This document shows, piece after piece, positions 52,701 through 64,000 of a DNA stretch of 64,000 nucleotides. Source of the stretch: Trichinella spiralis (Eukaryota); assembly GCF_000181795.1 (NCBI RefSeq), contig NW_003526945.1, positions 5,035,282 through 5,099,281 of the forward strand, written 5' to 3'. Positions within the stretch are counted from its first letter, which is position 1. Every line of letters begins with the position of its first letter. A model generated the notes under the pieces. The model did no database searches, was not told where the DNA came from, and was given only the letters and a program-made list of their open reading frames with translations. Both the position numbers and the translations under genes were made by a program.

Positions 52701-53198
52701 CGCGCTGTAAAGTTTAGAAGTAATTTTCATTTATTAATTTAGTTCTTATTGCACGATCTATTCAAGTAGAGGAAGTTAATTGCGTTGTTAAATTCAGCTT
52801 TTGTTCAGAAACAATAGATTTATAATACTTTTTATGTTTAACTTTGTAGTTTTGAAGAAAAAATGTGCAGTTTGTGCTACTTCAGCAAGACGTATTTACA
52901 TTTATTTATTTATTTATTCACGCGATTTATTTTAACTATATTATTAGTTACGTCCTTGCGAGAACTGAATTTTTTGTTGTTGTAGTTGTTTTTTTTATTT
53001 TTGTATATTATCATCATTAAGTATTCATTCTGCACTTCATACTAAGTGTTTGTTGAAAATCTCTGAATATAATGATTTCAGTAGTGTTTTTTTCTTGTAG
53101 TACATCTACAGTTTTTCAAAGTTTATAAATAAAACTGACAATTACTCAATTAATTAATGTTGTTTTTAAGGAATATTTTAAAAATTGTACTATTTCAG

Positions 53199-54837
53199 AT
53201 GTCGCTTTTTGTTATGCCGGCTGAGTTTACACTGCCATCGTTTGATGCGCACTCTCTTCAGTATATGGTAAAGTTATTGACACCTATAATGCATTTTTAG
53301 TTGATTGTATTAATTGACTCTTTTGTTTTAGGCATTTTCCAAAATTGCTTCTCTACCATTATTGAATAGTACTCCAACGCATACTTTTGCATTATCCGGA
53401 TTTGAATATCCTGTTTTTCAATACGAAAACACTCGTATAGCTAACAGCTATGAAAAATTTGTCAACTATTGCAAAAATAAGTGGCCGGCAAGTTATTATT
53501 TATTTGTTGAAATATTAATATCGATATATAAATAAACAAATATGTATTGTTTTTTAGATGTCCCGTTATTTGGAAGATATAATTTATGATAAATGTGACT
53601 ATGTGACATTGAAATGCTTTGTTGACACAAATTTATACCCAGCCTATGTACGTTGATAATGTTTTCCAATTGTTATATTTTGCAGTTTTAAATTCCGAAT
53701 AACCATACTTTGTGTTTGTTATTATTATTACCAGTCAAATATTTAAATCGTTCATAAAATTTGATACATTTGTATTCATAATTCGAGTTACGTTTTATTA
53801 TTTAATTTGTTAATTATAATAATGCCTTTTTCAGTTTCTAGTATCTTTTTAAGTTTTTTTTATTATTATTGCATTTGTGTGATTTCGACGTTGACTACAG
53901 TTGATCTGATGTTCAAGTAACTGAAGCAATAACAGTGAAATTTACTTGTTCACTTTATACGGTTATTGTTGATCACAACAAAAGGAAGGTAAAATGGCAA
54001 ATTTTGAAGATCGAGTTTCATTTTAGATGAGCATGACATGGCTTGACGAGTGCAATTACAATGTTGTAACGAAGCCACTTTTGGCTCAACATTGGGGTTG
54101 GCTTAGCAGATGGGCGTACAACAGAGCGATGCGTCGGACAGCCGAAATCGTTCTACTCGAACGATATCATACATCAATGAAAGATGCCAAAAAATTAGTA
54201 ATATGGACAGTTTTTTTCAAATTTCTTTTAAAGCATTTATTTATTTCAGGCAGCGGCCAATGCAATGCATTGTGTTCATTATCTGTCGGAAAGATTGGGC
54301 GAGCAGCCGTATTTTTTTGGCGATAAGTAATGCGTTATTTTTTTTTGTATTTTTCAGTAAAACTATGTAAATGTTTTTGTTTTTTCAATTTAGCCCATCG
54401 GTGTTCGACGCTTACGTTTTCGGCTATTTGGCACCTATGGTCTTGATGCCACAAGCCAATGATAAGATTAAAACTTTCATCAATTGGAACTGCCCGAATA
54501 TACATACATTTGTATTTCGTATATTGGAGAATTATTTGGATTTGCCAGCTTTGGGTAAGGATGATTGTTTGGCTGGTTTATTTTTTTAAAAAGAAAAATT
54601 ATTTTTTATTTCAAACATTGAAACGTTTCAGAGAAAGAGGAACATTATAAGAGAATGGGTCGTATTCAACATGATATTGAATGTTACAAGGAGATGATGG
54701 CGCAAAGAGCGTTGAATCGAGAAAAGTATTCGATGAAAAATGTGCTGGCGTTCGCGACGGTGGCTTTGGCGTTGACCATCGCCTGTGCTTACTACACAGG
54801 TTGCGTGAGTTTTTCCTCAACCACCAATGGAGCATAA
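53199..54837 (+). CDS. mtx-1: Metaxin-1-like mitochondrial outer membrane protein, multi-exon
   Basis: [80 protein letters not shown] and a C-terminal TM segment NVLAFATVALALTIACAYYTG. Confidence 0.88.
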
Positions 54838-55112
54838 TAGAATCGACTAGAATAGGCTGGGTGAATATTAATTTGAAATGTGATATTTTTTTATTCAGCA
54901 CCGTTTGCTACCGTCCTACGCGTATTTTTTATTTTCATTGAAAGTAATATTTTGTTCACCGCTGCTTTTTTATCCAGTACACTGCAGGATGTACTGTGCT
55001 TGGTTATTTATTACTATTAGTTGATTTCTGTGTGATTTGCGATGCGGTGAACATTTGTAGTAGTTTTGGTTGGTGGTGGGAAATTAAATTGGACGAGCAA
55101 ACTGGAGCATCG

Positions 55113-55153
<41 letters not shown>

Positions 55154-55373
55154 CAAGCTTGTTTGTTATTATTATTTGTTTACTTGTTTTCTGCATTCGA
55201 TTGTTTTTGTTTATTCCATTCAACTGAACACACAGTTGGTCTGTTGGTGAATAAAATGGAATAAAAATGCAGGAGGAAAAAAAAGAGAAATTTTTTACTT
55301 TTCTTCATTGCATATCAAGTGGAGGAGGAATGTGGAAAATTTGCAATTCTTCTTATTCTTTCTTTGCAATCAG

Positions 55374-56400
55374 TCAGTCGTAATAAAGTGCCAAAGCGAA
55401 TCCGGCGCAAGCGACCAGAAGAATCAACGCCGTGAGTAGAATTGCAATGCAAAGTCGACGATCGCGCATCTTCCAATCCGTGCCGCTTTGGTAGGCTGTG
55501 TTGGCTCGGGGTGGGGGTTCCGTCGAAACAATATCGTTCAGACTGATCGCATCCTGTCAATGGAAATTTCCAAGTAAACAAACAAACAAACAAAATGCAA
55601 ATGCAAACAACAGTCGAGCTTACTGTGGCGAGTGGGTTGATTGGATTTGCAACGTTCGCATCGTCGAGCCAGATTTTCCACGTTCCAGCGTTTCGCAACT
55701 GTTTGTATTGCGCTTGTTGTCCAAACGCGTACTGTTGGCCGTTGAATTGGCAATTCGACGTCGTCATTTTAGCCGAACCGCCACCGTATGCTATTTGGGG
55801 ACGAGACGCGTGGGGCAAATTTCGCTCGCTGTATTCATCCGTTGATGATGTGCCGTGCAGATCCGGCTGGATATTGGCAGATTTCAGCAAGTCGTTGTTG
55901 TTGTTCAATGGTGTTGGTTCTTGGTCGTATGGGACCGAGTAGGGTGATGATGCGCAGGTTGGACAGCACGAATCGACCAAATCCGCATCCGCACGACCAT
56001 GCCGGCCGTTGGGACGGTGATCCAAACTTCGATTCAATTCCACATCCAGATAAGTGAACGAATCGTCGACGAGTTGATTGGCTTTTTGGCGAAACGATGC
56101 TGTAGTAGTAGAAGTAGTAGTAGCAGCAGCAGCAGTAGTGGTTGGAATTTTCAAGCAACGTGAACTTGTCGATTTCAGCGGAGGATGTTGGTCGTGTTGT
56201 GGTTGTAAAGCGTCGCGCTTTTCATATCGCCCCACAATGCGATCATTGAGACGGTTGAGCTGGACTTGGCGGTCGTCGTCACAGAACCGATCAACATCAC
56301 TGACGTGGTAGGGTCTGCACGACGCCGACACCGTCGGTATCTCGTCGACAGTACGCTGCTGTTTACGTAGAATCCAATTTGATCCGTACGACGTGGTCAT
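55374..56400 (-). CDS. Orphan protein with a low-complexity N-terminus and one C-terminal TM helix (2 exons seen; 5' end may extend)
   Basis: Exon 56400-55624 (ACA|gtaagc), 70-nt intron, exon 55553-55374: DAISLNDIVSTEPPPRANTAYQSGTDWKMRDRRLCIAILLTALILLVACAGFALALYYD*. Confidence 0.65.
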
Positions 56401-59400
56401 ATTTCCCAGCGAACAGTAGTACTACAAATCAACACAGGCACGGTGCAGATTGTACAGTAAACAACAGCCTGGTGGCCGGCTTGTGAAAAGCAACAGTCGC
56501 TCGAACGCGTGGCCAGGAGAGCAAATAGCTATTGGACGTTGCTTCGAGACGCGGGCGTGGACGATTTGATTATCATTATCTTCATTTCTATTGACCGCTT
56601 TCTGTCCTTTCGTCTGTAGCCTGTAATAAGCTTGTCGATGATGTCACTGCGTCGAACATTAACACCTTCACACGCCAACGAAAACTTTTCCATTTTCGGC
56701 GATCGATTACCTCGTGGTGATGGTGGTGGTGGTGGATTTACAGTAATTTGTTTTTTTCCCCTTCCTTTCTCCAACCAATGATCGTCCAACTTTGATCCAA
56801 GCTTTCCGCTGCCGGTTGAATACAGAGATGATCGAGACAAGAGAGATGTAAACGTGGAAGAACAATCAATTGACTTTGGCTTGTTCGATTTGGACGAAAC
56901 AAATCAAGCACACTCACTGCTCCGTTCGGCTTTGTGCGTGGTCGTCGACTAAGCTTAGCGCCCAATTCGTGTCCGTGTTCACAAATGCAACCACCGATTC
57001 CGTTGCACAAGCGAATTTTCCAATATAACACAACACCACGTGAAAAGGAAAATTAGCATAACAAACGAACAGGCTTTTCCATTCGTTCAACTGACAGAAC
57101 CAAACCCACCAATCCACAAAGCATAAGAATTTGCAACAAAACTAACTGTGCTTGACATTTTATTATTTATTAATAGAGTTTTCATCGCATTCAAGCTTCT
57201 GCTAACTACTAGTTCTGTTGTCGATGCGTTTTGTCGCGGGCGATTATTCCACATTGTTACTGATCGTTATCGAATCGGACATTTCCAATAGTTGTACTTT
57301 CAAATCGTTTTTTTTCCAACAACTACAGTATGACTTGTTGTACATGTTTGTCATTATTTTTTTTCATTTTTTCTGTGCGCGCGTTTGGGTGTTATTTCAA
57401 ATTTTTTTTTTCAATTCCCCTTGTGAAACTTGATCGAATTGATGCCAAACAATTTATTGTTATTGGTTGTCAGGAAAAATGAGCCGGCCAACCGGCTGGT
57501 TATGCGTTTGTCGACCAAATTTCGCTTGTAGTACTTTTTGTGATTTGATCGTCGACAGGCGATAGATTTTTCATAAGCAAAGAAAAGCAGTATATATATA
57601 TATATATATATATATTTGTTCTATAACAACCATAAGTTTTACACTGCCGTAGGCTTTGTTGTTGTTGTTGTTGTTGTTTTCAAAGTAAGTTGCACAGAAT
57701 TATTGATTGTGACAGAAAAGTGTGAAATTGTTTCATTTTTCAATTTTTTGTTTTTCATTGACATCAATATTACAATATTGATGTGAACGTTATTTATTAT
57801 TCGTCTTGTCTCAGTTGAACTGAACAAATATGCACGTTGCTGAATAAACAGAGCAATCTGCAAACGGAAGAGATAAATGATCACATTTACTGCGGGCATG
57901 TTGAGAGACGATGATTTAATTAATGCAAATAATGCAATATCACATTAGCAAAATTTCACTTGTGAAGAGAGAGAGAGAAAGAGATTATTTTCAAAAGAAT
58001 AATTTTAATAAAGAAGAATGAAAGTGAAATGTCTATTGAAATATTATTCTGACCATCGTACGGGATGTATTTGTTGGTATAAGATTAGATATAAGTTTAT
58101 AAAGTGAATAATAATAATAATTTTGTTTTTACAAAAATGCTCATCAATCATCAATGCTTACAGTGTGGAATTATTGCGTGCAGGTTAGCGGTTGTTGATC
58201 GCGCTGTTTATATACGTATATAATTTTAATTGTGTGTGTGTGGCATCATTGTTTGTGTGTATAATTTAAACGAGGCAAATGTTCACAGAAACAGGCCGAA
58301 ATAAAATGATCCAGATCGCTTTATTTTTAGCCCACGGTCGAGTTGATTGAAAAGTTGCTGCTTGTGGAAGTTTGTTTAAGCCGTCGTCGTACGAAAGCGA
58401 GGAACAGTTTTTTGACGTTTGGCCGCGACTGTTCGGCCCAGTCACATCATTTATCATCGCCCCTTGTGGATCATGGACAAGCGAAATCATTTGACACAAT
58501 AAAATTATTGTCAACAGCATTATTATTATTACAAACAACAACTGTCAGCACTGTTGACGAATTCATTCACCAAGTGGGCGGCGGCTCGAAGTTTTCCAAA
58601 AAATGTAAGTATACACTTTTTGAATTTGGTTTTTTACAAATGCTCTATTGAGTTGTTCAATTATTAACACTATCGAGTACGATAGAACAGTGAACAGTTT
58701 GCACATTTTCTCCAACCCCATCTATGCATGCATAATTTGGTGTATTAACAATGAATTTAATGTACAGTGCGGGTATTTTTTTTCAAAATAATTCATCACT
58801 TTATGAGAACAGTTTACGACGACTACTACTACTACTACTACAAATTGCTGCTGGATGTGTACAAAATATTGTGAAACTTATTTCGACGATCATTTTTATT
58901 TTTTACTTTTATTTCAATACACTTGTGTATATTGTGGTTGTCCGAGAATTTCCGTTCGGTCGGTCTTCAGGTGTACGGTAGTTGGGAATCTGGTTTTTCG
59001 TAATTGATCAAAATTTTTATTTTAAAAAGAGAATCGAATTGAATTTCACTTTGTCGCAAACCTACATTTCCACGGGCAGCCGTAATGATCGAAAATATTT
59101 CACGGACCTTTCTTTTGATAAGAATAAAAATTATTCCTATTCGAAAACTTGTTCCACATCTACTGTACTTTAGGATGTGTATTCTTTTTTTTTACCGTAG
59201 CATTGGAAAATTATAGTTTTTTATACTTTTTCAATGAATTGTTAACGAAACAGTGTAAATGAAAATTAATATTAAAAAAGGGATTTTTTTAAACTTTTTC
59301 CCTGCTTAATTTCACGTTCCATTGGACAACGAGCACAAACGACAAAACGTTGTTGTTGTTGTTGCTGAACATTTAACAGTCAGTGTTGTTTGTGTGCACG

Positions 59401-59827
59401 ATGATTGAATGCGTCGTTGAACAAATTTTAATAATTATAATTTGTAATTTTTACATACCCAAATTTCCCACATTGCACGCAGACGTTTTATTTGGTGCGT
59501 TTAGGTTGTTATCTGTGAGTTTGGTGCTTTTTTATTTGTGTCATAAAAGAAAATTATTCTCTTTCACGTATAACATACTTATTAGGTACTGGTCGATTAG
59601 GTATTTGGTATTTTTCGTTTGTTCACTAGTAAAAAGCTCTTGACAACTTGAGCGTATCGATCTGATTTCTCAACGCAAACAACTTGGCATTAAAAAGTTG
59701 GGGTTGAATCGATTTGCAACATTTCAACGTTCTTCGGCCATATTTATCGGCAGATTATATGATAATTAGCATTCAATTTGCGGATAGCCCTTTTTTTCCC
59801 ATAATTTATTGATCATATCAAAAGCAG

Positions 59828-59830
59828 CAA

Positions 59831-59868
<38 letters not shown>
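59828..59868. repeat. (AAAT)n microsatellite; other SSRs at 14751-14793 (ATA), 24914-24966 (CAA/CAG), 55115-55152 (TTA), 57590-57615 (TA), 62209-62268 (TAT/TAG)
   Basis: Directly visible simple repeats. Confidence 0.9.
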
Positions 59869-59869
<1 letters not shown>

Positions 59870-62229
59870 GGATTACAGTATGATATATATTGTAATTACC
59901 ATTGAATAAGTCGTCGACCAGGAGGATCGATTGTATAACTTTTCCAGATGTAATTTCTCCTTGTGTGATACATTTGTACTATTCAAAACTTCGAAACTTT
60001 TTCTCAAATTGAACGTGCATCAGAGGAAAAGAAATTTACGATTTGATTAATTTAAAAAATGCACTCGATCCGGTTGAAGATGCAGATGGAATATTTGATT
60101 TCACAATTGAATCGAATCGAAATACGTTACATAGCGGAAACGTTGAAACTAATAGTTTATTTATGCATTTTTGATTTTAATTAAAATGGCGTGGAAAAGT
60201 TGTCCGTTGCGCTTTTATTGCTTCTCAATTAGTTTTTCACAGATCACAGAGATTTTTCTTGCTATGCTGTTTCATAGAAAATGTCGATATTGTTGCTTGC
60301 TATGTATGCATGCATAAGAAAGCGGAGAAACAACATGAATTATTCGAATCATGTACAATAATAATAATAATATTCGAATGGGAAAAATAGTTGCAACTTG
60401 TATTATCGCTTTGCATGCATATATTGTAATTGAATGAAAGGATGTGAGATTTATGATAATTTTTCTCGATCTATTCACGAATGTGAAAAATGGAAACAAA
60501 GAAGAACCAGAAAAAAAACAAATAACATTTCCTCAATAGTGAACAACAGTGTTGTTGTGCTGTAGGGTGTGGCAAAGATTTTTACATTTTTCTGACGTCG
60601 TTCACTGTATCTAGACTTTTATTGCCTTGAACAAAATGTCACACTTTTCGATTAATTTTCCGCTTCATTTTGTCAAACTTCCTGCCAGCAGTGTGTGTTC
60701 GTGTGTGCATTGAGCTGAAGAAATTATTAGTGGGCAAAAAATAGCGCTGTTTTCCTTCAACCGGTCGAACAGCACTTTATTTTTCCACTGCTTAAGCTTC
60801 CATTAATTGCTCGACGCTCGAATTTAGCGAAGCTCAATTTTCAACTATAGGCAAAAATTTGTATCGCAATTTCCATAAACACCATCTTAATATTTTATAT
60901 GTATTTTAAATGATAAAGTTTCGCTTCGCTTGTGAAATTTCAAACCTTATCAAATCGGCATCTTAAATTCTTGTGCTCCGGTAGTTAACGGTTTTATTCA
61001 AAGCTACCAAAACCCCACAATTGTACTTAATTTTTGTTTTCATTTGCATTTTTCAAATCAAGTTGATTATTCTATTCTGCTGCTAGTGAGCAAGCTGATT
61101 TTTCCAACAACTAAATTATCTTAGCAACATTTATGAAAACACTACGATGCATATTCTGACATCACATTGTTCTTAACGTGAAGCTCGTTCATACGCGAGC
61201 TCACATTAATAATTTACCCGCCGGTGGTTAAGCTTAGACGAATTATATACTTTTGCTGAGTTATCTAGTCATTCTTCACTTTATTGATTTCTATTTACAT
61301 TTATAATCTAGATAATTTCTCAGACGTACATTTGTAACTATCTGACTTTGCTAATATGCGGTGATTAATTGATTGGTTGATTGTGATTTTGATAGTTGAA
61401 AAAATTTTCTATTTTCTCACATCTATATGATATTGTTCAACAATAGCATGAAAGTTGAACAGAAATTAATTTACAATGTTTGGCAACAGCAATGATCAAA
61501 AGCGAAAGAAAAGAATCTTGTATGATTAGTTAATGATCATGATAAAGTATAGACTGTGTTGAAGTGGATGAACTTAATTTCAATTATGAAAGGCATTAGG
61601 CACAATCAATGCGCAAAGCGTTATAATATTCATTGTAACGGATATTATTAATAGAAATGATACTTTGAATTCAATAATTAATTCATGCAGAAAATAGAAA
61701 CAAAAATTGTCACATAAAAGTAATTTTTACCGTTGTGTGTGTATGTGTGTATGTGTTTGATTAAATTTGTTCAACTTGCTTAAATGAAAAATAAATAAAT
61801 AAAAGATGAATTGAACTAATGTTATTTATTTACTTGACACTGCTTGAAATTTCTGCATAAAATGAATGATCACTTCGAATTGATCAAACTATATATATGT
61901 ATAAGTGTGAATTTTATGCAAATTGAGGTCCTGCTGCCGAAGTGGGTTTGTTTGTTGTTTGGTTTATGATTTTACATTAAATGTTCGATAATTTTGTGTA
62001 TGTCGGTTTGTGTAAACAACGGACGGTGTACAATAATCAACATATGAGGGTTTTTGGAATCAATTAACTGATATGTGAATTGAAACGTTTATGCACGTTT
62101 AATATTTCACAAATGTTCCGTTAAAAAGGTTTTCACAAAGCAAAACGAAAGAAAAGAAGCAATTGGCCAACTGATATCTAACGTACGTTATGTAAAACAG
62201 CATTATCATATTATTATTATTATTATTAT

Positions 62230-62267
<38 letters not shown>

Positions 62268-63703
62268 TTGCCAATGTCATTATTATAAATTAGCATATTT
62301 CAATATTATTCTCAAATATAAACACTGGGTTGTTGTTGTTTTATTAGTAAAGGATTTCATTTCAATAATTATTTCATCCAAATGTGTCAGAAAAATTAGT
62401 TCCACCTCTTAATTCAAATTCAATGACAAATGATGCTAGCCGGATGACGTCATTTTATCTCGACGACAATCAGTTGAATAAATTGCTAAATTTAAACAAA
62501 AAAGGCATATTTTTCCAATTTCAACAAACCAACAATGATCAGAAAAGTTTGAAATTCCATCAGTAAGAGAATAACAATGAAAAATATGCTGATCGAATAG
62601 ATGATGAATAGAGGAAATTACTAATTTGTATTATTTCTCTAATGCTATTTATTTTTTCTTTGGTGTCAGTGTTGTTCAGATGATCATATTTTAAAAAATT
62701 TATAAATCAAAGAGTAAACGAAAAATAAGAAGCAGATACTTTTTTCTATCAATCAGAAGAAAAAATGACATTAAGAAATTTTTAAAACATGTGCATTTGA
62801 ATTTTGCTTTTCTTTTGTTTGATTGTTAATATTGAAAAGCCAAATGATGCTTCGTGTATTCTTTTCAATTATTCAGTGATTTCAATAAACGTTCATCTTC
62901 ACAGGCCAGAGTGGTGCATAAATAATAATAATAATAATATTAATAATAATGGAATGATAATTTTATTATGCTTCACTTATATTGGACAACAGATGGCGTG
63001 GTTTGGAGAAGTTTATCGGGTTGTTGTGAGTGTGCATGTGTTGTGACGTCGTCGATGCCAATCGATGCTTTTTATTATTGGCTGTCGGCCAGGAACGGCA
63101 TGCTTGCTTGGCCAGCAGATGGAGCTAGCTGATATCGCTTACGTTGTCACGTAGGCCAAGCTTTGCAGCTTGTTCAGAGGAGCTCTGCTACTGCTATTGC
63201 TGCTGTTGCTGTTGCTGCTGTTGCTTTTGCTAGTTCCACTTCAACACTGTTCTCCATTATTCATTTCTCCAACTCTACATACTACTAATTGTCATTCCAA
63301 ATTCCCCCATTTCATTTCCATTCCCTTCCCTTCCCTTATATCCAACATTTATCAGTTGTCGGTTGTTTTTCTCTTTTTAGCTTTTCGCATCAATTGACCA
63401 GTGATTTTTCAACTGGAAACCTCTTTCATTCACAAATAGTTCACCGTATGATATGATGATAGTGAACGAAAAATGGAAGAAATGAATACACACGTATGTC
63501 ATGCCCGTCCGTACACACGCGTATATATCTATATATAATTGATAATATGATCTGTACGTATACGCGTGTGTGTGTTCGCATGCATATGTATGTATAGAGA
63601 GAGAGATAGAATTATACGTATGCGGGATTTTGTTTGACTTTTCGTCTGTCGACAAAGTATTTTTTCAAATTAAAAGCCAAAGAGAAGAAGAAAAAGACAG
63701 AGT

Positions 63704-64000
63704 ATGCCATTACGACGAGCCACGTTACCAAGCGGATCGCTTTGTTTAAGCAGTGAATTGGTATGCAAAAATTGTTTGCTGTATATAATAATATTGAACA
63801 ATTGTCTGTTTGGTCCGCTTTTCAAGGTACGTTTCCAAGCTGCACGCGCACTTCTGGCTGATGTGCTGGCAACGAAAGATTTGCCCTCCAACGTTCGCTG
63901 CGCTCTGAAGAAAGTTGGCGATTTGATCAATCCGGACTCTATTCATGGAGGCTTGGATGCGTTCAATACACCGCCGTCGGATATTAATTTTCCCCACTGC
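63704..64000 (+). CDS. pde-3: N-terminal exons of a PDE3-like cyclic nucleotide phosphodiesterase, continuing past the window
   Basis: Exon 63704-63760 MPLRRATLPSGSLCLSSEL|gtatgc; exon 63827-64000 VRFQAARALLADVLATKDLPSNVRCALKKVGDLINP.., open to the edge. It resembles the PDE3 RRTSLP site and the [26 protein letters not shown] helix. The catalytic domain is not in the window. Confidence 0.65.
   Translation, partial: MPLRRATLPSGSLCLSSELVCKNCLLYIIILNNCLFGPLFKVRFQAARALLADVLATKDLPSNVRCALKKVGDLINPDSIHGGLDAFNTPPSDINFPHC

Noticed and set aside
63170..63397. Poly-Leu signal/TM-like ORF; similar ORFs at 24728-24985 and 54996-55250
   Set aside because: Produced by trinucleotide microsatellites; no supported exon structure.

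Overview
AT-rich eukaryotic genomic scaffold with assembly gaps, compact genes and many 50-90 nt introns. Gene content and style point to a nematode, probably a clade I parasite such as Trichinella (inference). Left to right: a tax-2-like CNG channel subunit, NDUFAF6, RNA Pol II subunit RPB3, a spliced 75-aa microprotein, CDK1, trifunctional GARS-AIRS-GART, NSF, an intronless laforin, SNX27, a ~11.5 kb gap-rich repeat block (30.9-42.4 kb), STRIP/FAM40, a divergent intronless pair (orphan Cys/His protein and a secreted double CS-alpha-beta defensin/toxin-like protein), metaxin-1, an orphan tail-anchored membrane protein, and the first exons of a PDE3-like gene at the right edge. The repeat block holds direct and inverted copies of a promoter-bearing unit plus decayed ORFs. 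The most notable signals are the anionic two-domain defensin-fold gene with its divergent partner, an uninterrupted GART gene with substitutions at normally invariant motifs in all three domains, the hidden microprotein resembling a CENP-B/Tigger dimerisation helix, and the promoter-carrying inverted repeat unit. Exon models were read by eye and family comparisons use recalled consensus motifs, not database searches.
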